DNA from: an uncultured delta proteobacterium
GTDB taxonomy: Bacteria; Desulfobacterota; Syntrophia; Syntrophales; Smithellaceae
Reading direction: 5' to 3'
DNA length: 64,000 nucleotides
NCBI GenBank assembly: GCA_963753975.1
Contig: CAVWEH010000002.1
Location: 256,001-320,000 of the forward strand
Position numbers and translations under genes: made by a program. Shown piece by piece: positions 40,555 through 50,964 of this stretch; the stretch's first letter is position 1; the number at the start of each line of letters is the position of its first letter. Under the pieces are notes generated by a model, which made no database searches, was not told the origin of the DNA, and saw nothing but the letters and a program-made list of their open reading frames with translations.

Positions 40555-41876
40555 TATTTAACCTCCGCGTCCAGACCTTTTTTTTCAACAGTCCTAATAT
40601 TGGCACTTTGTTCAATAAAGTCAAATACCTTTTTTTGCATTAGTTCGATCTTGAGATTATCCCTATTTTCTTTATTTTCGTATTTTTTTCTCAATGATTC
40701 ATAATCCCTTCCGTATTTAACGGCTAATTCCTGAATATGTCTTTCCGCATCGACTTCTTCCACTATAAATGATTCTTTTTGCGCAATCTTCTTTAACAGT
40801 AAAAAAGTTTTAACAATTTTGACGGCTTCATCTTTAAATTTATCGTGCATTTTGAAACTTAGTTCCAGCGCATTCTTTTCATCCATACCGGCAGAAGTCA
40901 TTCTTTTTTGAGTATCGGTCATCGTGTAAAAAATCTGCCGCTCTATTAGCGACGGCGGAGCTTCAAACTCATTCTCTTTGCGGAGAATTTCCGTAATCTT
41001 ATTGTGCAAATTCATTTCCGCGAGGTGCTCAGCTTCTTCTTCCAAAGACTTGCGTACATCGTTTTTTAAATCTTCTAAAGAATCATATTTATCAAAATTT
41101 TTTATAAAATTTTCGTCGAATTCCGGTAACGTCTTCTCTCTTATGTTTTTTACTGTTACATTGAAAGTTGCCTCTTTACCGGCAAATTTCTTTTCGTGAT
41201 AATCTTGAGGAAAAATTACTTTTATCGACTTTTCCACCCCTTTTTTCATGCCTATTAGCTGTTCTTCAAAACCGGGAATAAATCGCTCTGATCCAATTTC
41301 CAGAAAATAATTGTCGGCTTTCAACTCTGAAGGTGACTCCCCATTAAGATTCCCGGCAAAGTCCATTACAACAAAATCTCCCTTGGCTACCGGACGGTCA
41401 TCCTTAACTTCTTCCATTGTCGCAAACATCTGCTTTAATTCGCTTATTCTCTTATCCAAATCATTTTCCGTAATCTGAAATATTTCTTTTTCCAATTCCA
41501 TTCCCTTATATCCCTGGGGATCAAATTCCGGCTCCGTTTCAAAAGAAGCTGAAAAAGAAAAACCGGAGTTTTCTTTTAATCCTTTCTGAGCTATATCCGG
41601 TCTGGAGAGGGCAACTATTTTCTTTTCTTCCAGCGCCTGCCAATAGAATTTATTAACAATATTGTTGATGGTTTCGTCTTCCGCTTGTTCCTTAAAATAC
41701 GTTTCCAATACTTTACGGGGGATTTTTCCCGGGCGAAAACCCTTAATTTTAGCCTTTTTTCCGATGTCTCGATATACAGTATCGAGCTCATTTTTAACTT
41801 CATCCCAGGGAATTTCAAAGGAAAGCTTTTTCTTTACCGAACTTAGTTCTTCAATATTCATTACAACCTGCCTCAC
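40554..41876 (-). CDS. tig: Trigger factor
   Basis: GFRPGK ribosome-binding motif, FKBP domain [11 protein letters not shown], upstream of clpP. Confidence 0.97.
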   Translation of the reverse strand: MRQVVMNIEELSSVKKKLSFEIPWDEVKNELDTVYRDIGKKAKIKGFRPGKIPRKVLETYFKEQAEDETINNIVNKFYWQALEEKKIVALSRPDIAQKGLKENSGFSFSASFETEPEFDPQGYKGMELEKEIFQITENDLDKRISELKQMFATMEEVKDDRPVAKGDFVVMDFAGNLNGESPSELKADNYFLEIGSERFIPGFEEQLIGMKKGVEKSIKVIFPQDYHEKKFAGKEATFNVTVKNIREKTLPEFDENFIKNFDKYDSLEDLKNDVRKSLEEEAEHLAEMNLHNKITEILRKENEFEAPPSLIERQIFYTMTDTQKRMTSAGMDEKNALELSFKMHDKFKDEAVKIVKTFLLLKKIAQKESFIVEEVDAERHIQELAVKYGRDYESLRKKYENKENRDNLKIELMQKKVFDFIEQSANIRTVEKKGLDAEVK

Positions 41877-41925
41877 TATATTACATCTCCTTAATTTTGA
41901 AATATTTACAAATTTCTTTGAAGAT

Positions 41926-42012
41926 TGGTGCGAGAGAGGGGATTTGAACCCCTATCCGCATAGGCGGGCTGGATCCTAAGTCCAGTGCGTCTTCCAATTC
42001 CGCCACTCTCGC
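41926..42012 (-). tRNA. tRNA-Leu(TAG)
   Basis: GCGAGAGTGGCGGAATTGG start, anticodon arm CTGGA-CTTAGGA-TCCAG, long variable arm, CCA. Confidence 0.96.
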
Positions 42013-42028
42013 TTTGGATTAATCGAGC

Positions 42029-42057
42029 TATATATTCATTACACCCAAAAATGTCAA
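42029..42057 (-). promoter_or_regulatory. sigma70 promoter of tRNA-Leu (and possibly tig)
   Basis: TTGACA-N17-TATATA. Confidence 0.6.
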
Positions 42058-42277
42058 CGCGGATTATTATGAGCGAATACAAACAAAACCAGTTAAATTA
42101 AGTTGTTCGTGAACTCATGTACTTAATTATCTTTTTTTACGCAAGAAAAATGCCCTGAAAAATCGCCTGCACGTAATTACCGACACTTTGTCGGTTTTTA
42201 TAATTATATTTTTTTGACTTTGATTTAATTTCAGGATATATAAAAAAAATGAATAAAAGGGTTCTCCTCTCAACTCA

Positions 42278-43273
42278 ATGAAAGATAAGGCAATCAACAT
42301 TCTTCTGCTCGAAGATAACCCTGGTGATTCTAGATTAATTCGGGAACTACTCGCTGATACCAATGATCGCTTTAATCTGCAATGTGTTGATCTTTTGTCC
42401 AAAGGCTTGAAATGTCTTGTATCTCAAAATATTGACGCCGTTCTTTTGGATTTAGGATTGCCGGATAACCAAGGTCTCGGCGCCATCGAATATTTACGTG
42501 CTAAAAAATCTTCCATTCCGATAATTGTTTTAACCGGTCTTAATGATGAGAATGTCGCCATTGAAGCTGTGCGCCGGGGAGCTCAAGACTATTTAATTAA
42601 AGGCTCTATCACCGGAAGCATGTTATCCCGTATCATTCGTTACGCCATTGAGAGAAAAAATTATGAAGAAGAATTGAAACGCAGCTTAGAAAAATTCACC
42701 AGGGCTTTAAACGGAACAGTGAAAGCAATGGCGATGACAGTGGAAATAAGGGATCCTTACACTGCTGGTCACCAGAGACGCGGCGCGGACTTGGCTCGGG
42801 CCATAGCGGAGGATATGAATCTTACCCCGGAAAGAGTCGAAGGCATTCAATTGGCCGGCATGATTCATGACATCGGTAAAATTTCCATCCCGGCTGAAAT
42901 TCTCAGTAAACCCTCCTTACTTTCCAACCTGGAGCTTAGCTTGATAAAAATTCATCCGCAGGTGGGATATGATATATTGAAGGAAATTGATTTTCCCTGG
43001 CCCATTGCCAAAACAGTTTTACAACATCACGAAAGAATCAATGGCAGTGGCTATCCCTCCGGTTTAAAAAATGACGATATTATATTGGAAGCTAAAGTTC
43101 TTGCTGTAGCTGATGTAGTGGAAGCAATAGCCTCACATCGTCCCTACCGGCCGGCCTTTGGAACCAAAGAAGCTATAGATGAAATTACCCGGGAACAAGG
43201 TATTCTTTATGATCCTGCTGCTGTGAAAAGTTGCTTGAGATTATTTCAAGACAAGAAATATTCTTTCAGTTGA
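42278..43273 (+). CDS. Response regulator with HD-GYP phosphodiesterase domain
   Basis: REC motifs LLED, LLDLGLPD and DYLIK; RDPYTAGH, HDIGK and HHERINGSGYP. Confidence 0.93.
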   Translation: MKDKAINILLLEDNPGDSRLIRELLADTNDRFNLQCVDLLSKGLKCLVSQNIDAVLLDLGLPDNQGLGAIEYLRAKKSSIPIIVLTGLNDENVAIEAVRRGAQDYLIKGSITGSMLSRIIRYAIERKNYEEELKRSLEKFTRALNGTVKAMAMTVEIRDPYTAGHQRRGADLARAIAEDMNLTPERVEGIQLAGMIHDIGKISIPAEILSKPSLLSNLELSLIKIHPQVGYDILKEIDFPWPIAKTVLQHHERINGSGYPSGLKNDDIILEAKVLAVADVVEAIASHRPYRPAFGTKEAIDEITREQGILYDPAAVKSCLRLFQDKKYSFS

Positions 43274-43283
43274 CTTTTATCTT

Positions 43284-45221
43284 ATGGCTAAAAAACCAAC
43301 CTATCTTGAGCTTGTTAAAAAAATTGATCAGCTCGAAAAGAAGTGCGCTAAATATGCTTCTGTCGACGAACAATACCGTAAAGCCGAAAGCATTTACCAT
43401 ACTTTTTTTGAGAGCAGCGGCGCCGCGACCATAATAGTTGAAAATGATATGATTGTTTCTTTTGCCAATAAGCAATTTGAAAATCTTTACGGCGCTGAAA
43501 AACAGGACATTGAAGGAAAAATTAAATGGACCGACTTCGTCCATAAGGAAGATTTGGAATTTATGCAGCATTATCATATTTTACGGCGAATTGATCCCCA
43601 AGCCGCACCTGATCATTACGAATTCCGAATGATTAACAAATTAAATCAAATGAAATACATCGTTAATACCGAAGCCATCATCCCCGGCACAAAAAAAAGC
43701 ATCGCCTCCCTGATAGATATAACCGATCGAAAATTAGCTGAAGAAGCTCTTAATGAGAGCGAATCCAAATACCGCACATTATTCGAGTCCGCCAGTGACA
43801 CGATTGTTTTAATAGATCGCGATCGTTTCATCGACTGCAATCAGAAGACTCTCGATTTGTTCGGTTGCAGCCGCGAAGAATTTCTTGCCGCGAATCCACA
43901 AAAATTTTGGCCGGAATTCCAGCCTGACGGCAAGCCGACTTCAGCGCTGGTAATAAAAGCGATTAAGTCCGCTCTTCGGGGCGAGACTTCCACTTTTGAA
44001 ATTAAGTACTGCCGTTATGACGGAACCCTTTTTGATTCTGAGCTGACTTTTACGATCGTTAAATTAAGCGGGAAAAAATATCTCCAGGCAATTGTCCGGG
44101 ATATAACTGAAAGAAAAATCACGGAAATAGCCCTAAAAGAAGGCGAAGCAAAATATAGGACACTATTTGAATCGGCGATTGATACTATTATTCTCATAAG
44201 TAATGAATTAATAACCGACTGTAACTTAGCTGCTTTAAAAATGTTTCGTGGCACTCGCGAACAGCTTATCGGACATCCGACATGGAAATTTATGCCGGAA
44301 TTTCAGCCGGACGGCCTTCTTTCCAAGGACATGGCCAAAGAAAAAATACAGCAGGCTTTGAAAGGCGAAACTCTTTTTCTGGAATGGCGTTTTGCCCGCT
44401 GCGATGGGAGTATATTTGACGCGGAATTGACCTTTAACACCATCACGTTAAAAGGCGAAAGATATTTTCAGGCTATTATCAGAGATATTACGGAACGCAA
44501 ACAGGCCGCCGAGCAGATGAAAAAATTGACTCAAGAACTCGAGCGTTCCAATACCGATCTGGCCCAATTTGCTTATGTCGCTTCACACGATCTGCAGGAG
44601 CCGCTGCGTATGGTGACCAGTTTTGTCCAGTTACTGCAACATCGCTATCAGGGAAAGCTGGATAAAGATGCCGATGAATTCATTTCTTATGCTGTTGACG
44701 GCGCGTCCCATATGCAGCGACTAATCAATGACCTTCTAAAATATTCGCGCGTGGGCACTCACGGCAAAACGTTGGAACCGACCAATTTTAACATTGTTAT
44801 CAGCCATGCTCTATCTAATTTAAACAAAACGATTAAAGAAAACGACGCTATAATCAACATAGACCATTTACCGACAATTCCGGCTGATTACATGCAACTG
44901 GTACAACTCTTTCAGAATTTAATCAGTAATGCGATAAAATACCACAGCAAGAAGCAGCCGGAAATACTTATCCGGGCAGTAAATAAGGGAGACTTTTGGC
45001 TGTTTTCTGTGCGGGATAATGGTATAGGAATTGATAAAGAATATATTGATAAGATTTTTGTCATTTTTCAAAGATTACATAATAAATCAAAATATCCGGG
45101 AACCGGAATTGGTTTATCTATTTGTAAAAAAATTGTGGAAAGGCACGGAGGCCGTATCTGGGTGGAATCAAAACCAGGCCAAGGCTCAACTTTTTATTTT
45201 ACCATACCCGGCAAGCAATGA
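43284..45221 (+). CDS. Cytoplasmic sensor histidine kinase with three PAS domains
   Basis: Three PAS/PAC units ending DITxR; H-box FAYVASHDLQEPLR, QNLISNAIKY, DNGIGI and GTGIGL. No TM segment. Confidence 0.94.
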   Translation: MAKKPTYLELVKKIDQLEKKCAKYASVDEQYRKAESIYHTFFESSGAATIIVENDMIVSFANKQFENLYGAEKQDIEGKIKWTDFVHKEDLEFMQHYHILRRIDPQAAPDHYEFRMINKLNQMKYIVNTEAIIPGTKKSIASLIDITDRKLAEEALNESESKYRTLFESASDTIVLIDRDRFIDCNQKTLDLFGCSREEFLAANPQKFWPEFQPDGKPTSALVIKAIKSALRGETSTFEIKYCRYDGTLFDSELTFTIVKLSGKKYLQAIVRDITERKITEIALKEGEAKYRTLFESAIDTIILISNELITDCNLAALKMFRGTREQLIGHPTWKFMPEFQPDGLLSKDMAKEKIQQALKGETLFLEWRFARCDGSIFDAELTFNTITLKGERYFQAIIRDITERKQAAEQMKKLTQELERSNTDLAQFAYVASHDLQEPLRMVTSFVQLLQHRYQGKLDKDADEFISYAVDGASHMQRLINDLLKYSRVGTHGKTLEPTNFNIVISHALSNLNKTIKENDAIINIDHLPTIPADYMQLVQLFQNLISNAIKYHSKKQPEILIRAVNKGDFWLFSVRDNGIGIDKEYIDKIFVIFQRLHNKSKYPGTGIGLSICKKIVERHGGRIWVESKPGQGSTFYFTIPGKQ

Positions 45222-45233
45222 GACAAGGTTTTT

Positions 45234-45674
45234 ATGGCTGATGACCAGCAACAAAAAATGATCGATATTCTTCTTATTGAAGACAATCCCGGTGACGTAA
45301 TTCTTATTAAGGAAGCGTTTAAAGAGGGAGAAACTTACAATAAGCTGACCGTTCTTGGAGACGGCGAAGCAGCTCTTTCTTTTTTGCGCAAAGAAGGAGC
45401 GTACAAAAGATTCTCCTCCCCCGATCTTATTTTACTCGATCTTAACATGCCCCGTAAAGATGGTCGGGAGGTTCTAGCGGAAATTAAAACAGATCCGGTA
45501 TTAAAGCATATTCCCGTTGTAGTCCTTACCAGCTCTGAAGCCCAACAAGATATAATAAATGCGTACAATCTACAGGCAAACTGTTACATAACTAAGCCTG
45601 TTGATTTGAAACAGTTTTTTAATGTAGTCAAACTAATCGAAGATTTTTGGTTAAAAACAGTTAAACTTCCATAA
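45234..45674 (+). CDS. Single-domain response regulator (Rcp1-like)
   Basis: [26 protein letters not shown] and DFWL. Confidence 0.93.
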   Translation: MADDQQQKMIDILLIEDNPGDVILIKEAFKEGETYNKLTVLGDGEAALSFLRKEGAYKRFSSPDLILLDLNMPRKDGREVLAEIKTDPVLKHIPVVVLTSSEAQQDIINAYNLQANCYITKPVDLKQFFNVVKLIEDFWLKTVKLP

Positions 45675-45683
45675 AGTATTTTG

Positions 45684-46610
45684 ATGTTTAATAAACCTAT
45701 TAAAATCCTTTTGTTTGAAGACAATCCCGGCGATGCACGGTTATTTACTGAAACGCTGAAAGATATTTCTTCTCAGCGTTATGAAACTACTCATGTAGGT
45801 TCGCTGGCCGAAGGGCTTTCTATCCTTGCCGATAAAGCCATAGACATTATCCTATTGGATCTGGGATTACCGGATAGTCAACGCTTGGATACTTTAATCA
45901 AGTTAAAATCTCAAGTATTGGGGATACCCATCGTCGTCCTTACCGGCATTGATGATGAAGAAATCGCGCTCAGTGCCGTTCAACAAGGCGCCCAAGACTA
46001 TCTTGTCAAACAAAAAATAAACGCGGAGATAATATTCCGCGTGATCCGGTTCGCGATTGAAAGACAAAAACTGCAAGATGCCGTGCGCAGCCTTGCTTTA
46101 ATTGACGACTTAACCGGGCTTTTTAACCGCCGTGGTTTTTTTACTCTTGCCGAACATCATCTTAAGCTTGCCGAACGTATGCACAAAAATTTCTACTTAA
46201 TTTTTTCCGACATCGATGACATGAAAAAAATCAACGATGATTTCGGCCATCTCCAGGGTGATCTGGTTTTAAAAAAAGTAGCCGATATATTGCGTTATTC
46301 ATTTCGCGATTCCGATATTATTGCCCGTATCGGAGGGGATGAATTTGTTGTTTTAATTCCTGATACCGGAGATTACAGCGCAGAAAGAACTATTTACCGC
46401 CTTCAAGAAAATATAAATAAATATAATAAAAAAGAAAAAAAGAATCTTTCCTTGAGCATGGGCATAGCTAACTTTCATCCTAATTTGAAGGTTTCTCTAC
46501 AGGATTTACTGGACAAAGCCGATAAACATTTATACGAAGAAAAAAAGAAAAAACATTTGGAAAATAAACCGGTAAAAAATAAAATTCTTATCAATAAAAT
46601 CTTGTTATGA
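45684..46610 (+). CDS. REC-GGDEF diguanylate cyclase
   Basis: REC domain, DDLTGLFNRR, I-site RDSD and GGDEF. Confidence 0.93.
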   Translation: MFNKPIKILLFEDNPGDARLFTETLKDISSQRYETTHVGSLAEGLSILADKAIDIILLDLGLPDSQRLDTLIKLKSQVLGIPIVVLTGIDDEEIALSAVQQGAQDYLVKQKINAEIIFRVIRFAIERQKLQDAVRSLALIDDLTGLFNRRGFFTLAEHHLKLAERMHKNFYLIFSDIDDMKKINDDFGHLQGDLVLKKVADILRYSFRDSDIIARIGGDEFVVLIPDTGDYSAERTIYRLQENINKYNKKEKKNLSLSMGIANFHPNLKVSLQDLLDKADKHLYEEKKKKHLENKPVKNKILINKILL

Positions 46611-46613
46611 AGA

Positions 46614-46690
<77 letters not shown>

Positions 46691-46712
46691 ACATTCTGCT
46701 AAAGTGTTGACG

Positions 46713-46741
46713 TCATTACCATCATCGCAAAACCGTGTCAA
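46713..46741 (-). promoter_or_regulatory. sigma70 promoter of tRNA-Pro
   Basis: TTGACA-N17-TAATGA. Confidence 0.55.
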
Positions 46742-47024
46742 GAGTAAATACTTTGTTTACATGCCCAAACACTTCTCTCCTTTCAGCTTTTTTTACATTT
46801 CCCTTTCTGTTTTTGGTAAATTCTCAACGTCTAATAACCAAGACCGGATTCCTCAGTTTAATACTCGCGACAGGCGAGTGCATTTTTTTGCACTTCATAC
46901 AGCCCAGAAAAAATTTCTATCAAATAACTGCACAATAATGTATCGTAACAAATAATTAGGAAAAGGGCTGAATCAGCCGAATTTAGCCGTTCTCGTTGTA
47001 ACGTTCGTAGGAGGTTAATAGACT

Positions 47025-50000
47025 ATGACAATTAAACCTAAATCATCTGTTAAACCTAAGGCAACGAGTAAACATAAAGTAGCAGTCCAGCCGAACAAAA
47101 TGAGTCGCTCTCAGCAGAGCGATTTTCCCCATTTGGCGGAAGATATTATATCTAATGTCGGAATGGGGATATATATCGTGTTAAATGGAAAATTTGTCTA
47201 TGTGAGTCCCTTATTTCAAAAACTCAGCGGTTATTCCAAGGCAGATCTAGCTGGCACAAATCCTATAGATTACATTCATCCCGATGATAGGGAAGCGGTC
47301 AGGAAAAAAGCGGTAAGAACCTTGAAGAAAGAAAGCACTGCCAGCTATGAGTACAGGTTCATCAGAAAAGACGGGGAGATAATATGGGTCATGGAGATGG
47401 TCACTTCCATCACCTATCAAGGAAAGCGGGCCGCTCTGGGCAGTTTTATGAACATTACTGAACACAAGCGCAGGGAGGATGAACTGAGCCGGAGTGAAGA
47501 AAAATACCGGACTATAATGGAAGATATGGAAGAGGGGTATTTTGAGACTGACCTTAAGGGCAATTTTACCTTCGTTAATGACGCGGAATGCAGAAATATG
47601 GGATATTCCCAGGAAGAATTGCTCGGGATGAACAATCGGCAATATACAGATAAAGAGAATGCAAAAAAAGCCTTTCAAGCATTCAGCAATCTTTATGAAA
47701 CAGGAGAATCAAATAAAATTTTTGATTATGAAGTTATCAAGAAAGATGGAACCAAGGCAATTGCTGAACTGCTTATATCTCTTGTAAAGGATTTCAGAGG
47801 AAAGCCCATTGGATTTCGTGGACTTTCACGGCACATCACCGAGCGCAAACGCATGGAAGAAATATTGCGCCAGAGTGAAGAAAAATACCGGACTATTCTG
47901 GAAAATATCGAAGATGGATATGTGGAATTGGATCTTCACGGCAACTTTATCTTTTTCAATGAAGCGCTATGCAGGATTCAGGGATATACCAGAGATGAAT
48001 TAATGAAGCTGAACTACCGCGATTTAATGGATGAGGAAAATGCCAAAAAAATCTATGGAAAATACAACAAGGTATACACCACGGGTGAATCTGAAAAAGA
48101 AGTTCCTTATGAAATTACAACGAAAAACGGGCTTCGAAGATATTTAGAAACTTCAATAACTCCCATGAATGATGCTTCCGGCCGGATATTTGCCTTTCGG
48201 GGCCTTGTGCGGGACAGAACCGAAAGCAGGCAGGCAGAAGAGGCGCTGCAAAAAAGTGAGGAGAGATACCGAACCATTCTGGAAAACATGCAGGAAGCCT
48301 ATTATGAGATTGACCTTACCGGTAAATTTACCTTCGTTAATGATGCGGTCTGCAGACATCTCGGATATACCAGGGAAGAATTGATCGGGGCGAATAACCG
48401 GCAGTTTCAAGATGAAACAACCGCTAAAAAAATGTATCAGATCTTCATCGATGTTTACAAAACAGGGAAACCGGTTAAGGCAATAGAGTCGGAATATATC
48501 AGAAAAGACGGGACTAAGGGGACTTACGAACTGTCGGTATCTCTTCTGAGGGATGCAACAGGTAAACCGAACGGATTCCGGGGTGTTTCTCGTGATATCA
48601 CTGAGCGGAAACAATATGAAGAGGAACTGGCGTTGCTGCGCGCCGCCATGGACGTATCAAAAGATATGGTTTTTCTTGTTGATCGGACCACGATGCGCTT
48701 CCTTTATGTTAATGATGCAGCCCGCCGGTTGACCGGCTATACGCGGGAAGACTTTATCAAACTGTCACCTCAGGATATGTTGGGGGTTGATCGGAAAACC
48801 CTTGAGCAGGCTTATGATGAAGCCATTGCTGCCGCTCCCGCCGGTGTCATCATAGAAATGAAAAGCCGCACTAAAGACGGCACACGGACGATCACCGAAC
48901 TGCACAGGAATGCTCTGCAGTTCGGTAATCGCTGGGTTATTACTACCAACATGCACGATATCAGCCAGCGCTGGCTCGCCGAACAATCTGTGCTCTTGCT
49001 CGGGAGGATGTTCGCAGCCTTAAGTGCAACCAATGAAACGATCTTACACGCCAAATCACCTGAAGAGCTGTATCAGCGGGTATGTGACGCAGCCGTCGAC
49101 GGTGGCAAATTCATCACCACGGGAATTCTTCTTTTTGATCCGCAAACAACATGGGTAAGAGTGGCAGCAGCCAGTGGTGCCGGTATGGCCAGCCTGCGTA
49201 AAGCCCGCATTTCCCTCGATGAAACAATTCCCGAGGGAAAGGGGCTTGTCGCCACCGCCTTCCGTACAGGAAAACCTTGCATTTCTAGTGATCATCTCAA
49301 CGACCCGGCATCGCTGACCTTAAACGAAGATGCGAAAAAGATCGGCGCTGTCGCCGTTATACCACTTATCAGGGACGATAAGTCCATTGGTGCCTTGATT
49401 TTCTATGCCAGTGAGAAGCGAGCTTTTGACGGCGAAATCGTCAAGCTTCTCGAACGCATGGCAGAGAACGTCGTGTTTGCACTGGACAACTTCGAACACG
49501 AGGCCAAGCGCAAACGCGCCGAAGAACAGATTCAGTATATGGCCACACACGACGCTCTGACGGGATTGCCCAACCGGTTAATGTTCAGCCAATTGCTGAA
49601 CCATGCCATCCAGTCCGCTCATCGTCATCAGCGGCAGTTGGCGGTTTTATTCATCGATTTGGATCGATTCAAGACTATCAACGACACTCTGGGTCATGAG
49701 GCAGGAGACCAATTGCTGCAAGAAATTGCGGCACGCATGAAGCAAGCTTTGCGGGCAGCCGATGTTGTCGGTCGTCTGGGAGGAGACGAGTTCGTAATAT
49801 TGATTGAGGAAATAAGCGATTCGGGCCAAGTCGCCACCGTAGCCCACAAGATACTTAGCACCGCTATCAAACCGATGGTCCTTCTGGGTGAAGAATGCCG
49901 CGTAACGGCCAGCATCGGCATCAGCATCTACCCGAAGGATGGAGATGACGAACAATCCCTGGTGAAAAATGCCGATATAGCCATGTACCTCGCCAAGGAA

Positions 50001-50843
50001 GAAGGCAAGAACAACTACCAGTTCTACTCCAAAGATATTCAGTCAAAATCAATCGAACGGCTCTCCATCGAAACAAACCTGCGCTTTGCCCTGGAGCGCA
50101 ATGAATTGTCTTTGCATTATCAGGCAAAGGTGGATTTCAAAACGAACGCAATCACCGGCGTAGAGGCACTTTTGCGCTGGCAGAATCCCTACCTCGGCTC
50201 CGTAACACCCACGCAATTCATTCCGATAGCCGAAGAATCCGGGCTAATCATACCCATTGGCAGGTGGGTAATGAGAACGGCCTGCGCGCAAAATGTTGCC
50301 TGGCAAGAACAGGGTCTTCCCCCTATCTGCATGGCGGTAAATTTGTCTTTGCGACAACTCACGGATAACAATCTGCTAGATGATATCCGAACAGCGCTGA
50401 GTGATTCCGGCATGGCGTCAAACCTGCTGGAACTCGAAATTACCGAAAGTATGGTGATGCATAATCCTGCGCGCATTGTAGCTGTGCTGGCTAAAATCAA
50501 GAACTTGGGCGTGCGGCTGGCTATCGACGATTTTGGCACCGGTTACTCGTCTCTCGCCCAGATTAAACACTTCCCTATCGACACGCTGAAGGTGGACAGA
50601 TCATTTATTCGCAACATCCCGCAAGATTCCGAGGACAAAGCAATCACCGAAGCGATTATTGCCATGGGCAAAACTTTAAGCCTTACAGTCGTCGCCGAAG
50701 GCGTAGAGACCTTAGACCAAATGAGCTTCTTGAGGGACCACTCCTGTGATGAGATGCAAGGTTATTACTTCAGTAAACCCATTGCACCTGAGCAGTTTGC
50801 CGAGCTCTTGCGCAAGCATGTCCCTTCAAAAAAGAGAGATTAA
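47025..50843 (+). CDS. Multi-PAS (about five) GAF-GGDEF-EAL c-di-GMP enzyme
   Basis: Repeated EEKYRTI...ITE PAS units, a GAF-like region, HDALTGLPNR, RAAD, GGDEF, EALLR and DDFGTGYSS. Confidence 0.94.
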   Translation: MTIKPKSSVKPKATSKHKVAVQPNKMSRSQQSDFPHLAEDIISNVGMGIYIVLNGKFVYVSPLFQKLSGYSKADLAGTNPIDYIHPDDREAVRKKAVRTLKKESTASYEYRFIRKDGEIIWVMEMVTSITYQGKRAALGSFMNITEHKRREDELSRSEEKYRTIMEDMEEGYFETDLKGNFTFVNDAECRNMGYSQEELLGMNNRQYTDKENAKKAFQAFSNLYETGESNKIFDYEVIKKDGTKAIAELLISLVKDFRGKPIGFRGLSRHITERKRMEEILRQSEEKYRTILENIEDGYVELDLHGNFIFFNEALCRIQGYTRDELMKLNYRDLMDEENAKKIYGKYNKVYTTGESEKEVPYEITTKNGLRRYLETSITPMNDASGRIFAFRGLVRDRTESRQAEEALQKSEERYRTILENMQEAYYEIDLTGKFTFVNDAVCRHLGYTREELIGANNRQFQDETTAKKMYQIFIDVYKTGKPVKAIESEYIRKDGTKGTYELSVSLLRDATGKPNGFRGVSRDITERKQYEEELALLRAAMDVSKDMVFLVDRTTMRFLYVNDAARRLTGYTREDFIKLSPQDMLGVDRKTLEQAYDEAIAAAPAGVIIEMKSRTKDGTRTITELHRNALQFGNRWVITTNMHDISQRWLAEQSVLLLGRMFAALSATNETILHAKSPEELYQRVCDAAVDGGKFITTGILLFDPQTTWVRVAAASGAGMASLRKARISLDETIPEGKGLVATAFRTGKPCISSDHLNDPASLTLNEDAKKIGAVAVIPLIRDDKSIGALIFYASEKRAFDGEIVKLLERMAENVVFALDNFEHEAKRKRAEEQIQYMATHDALTGLPNRLMFSQLLNHAIQSAHRHQRQLAVLFIDLDRFKTINDTLGHEAGDQLLQEIAARMKQALRAADVVGRLGGDEFVILIEEISDSGQVATVAHKILSTAIKPMVLLGEECRVTASIGISIYPKDGDDEQSLVKNADIAMYLAKEEGKNNYQFYSKDIQSKSIERLSIETNLRFALERNELSLHYQAKVDFKTNAITGVEALLRWQNPYLGSVTPTQFIPIAEESGLIIPIGRWVMRTACAQNVAWQEQGLPPICMAVNLSLRQLTDNNLLDDIRTALSDSGMASNLLELEITESMVMHNPARIVAVLAKIKNLGVRLAIDDFGTGYSSLAQIKHFPIDTLKVDRSFIRNIPQDSEDKAITEAIIAMGKTLSLTVVAEGVETLDQMSFLRDHSCDEMQGYYFSKPIAPEQFAELLRKHVPSKKRD
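47492..48610 (+). repeat. Tandem PAS-coding repeats, period about 381 nt
   Basis: Identical 24-mer GAGTGAAGAAAAATACCGGACTAT at 47492 and 47873; a diverged third copy near 48254. Confidence 0.8.
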
Positions 50844-50964
50844 ATTAAGACATCAATGTCGAAATATCACGGGGTATATGTCTTATCAACTAACCAATAT
50901 TGCTTAAAAAATGTCATGAAACTTCAGGCAAACCCTAAGCCCAAAATATGGTAGTCTTGCTTTC

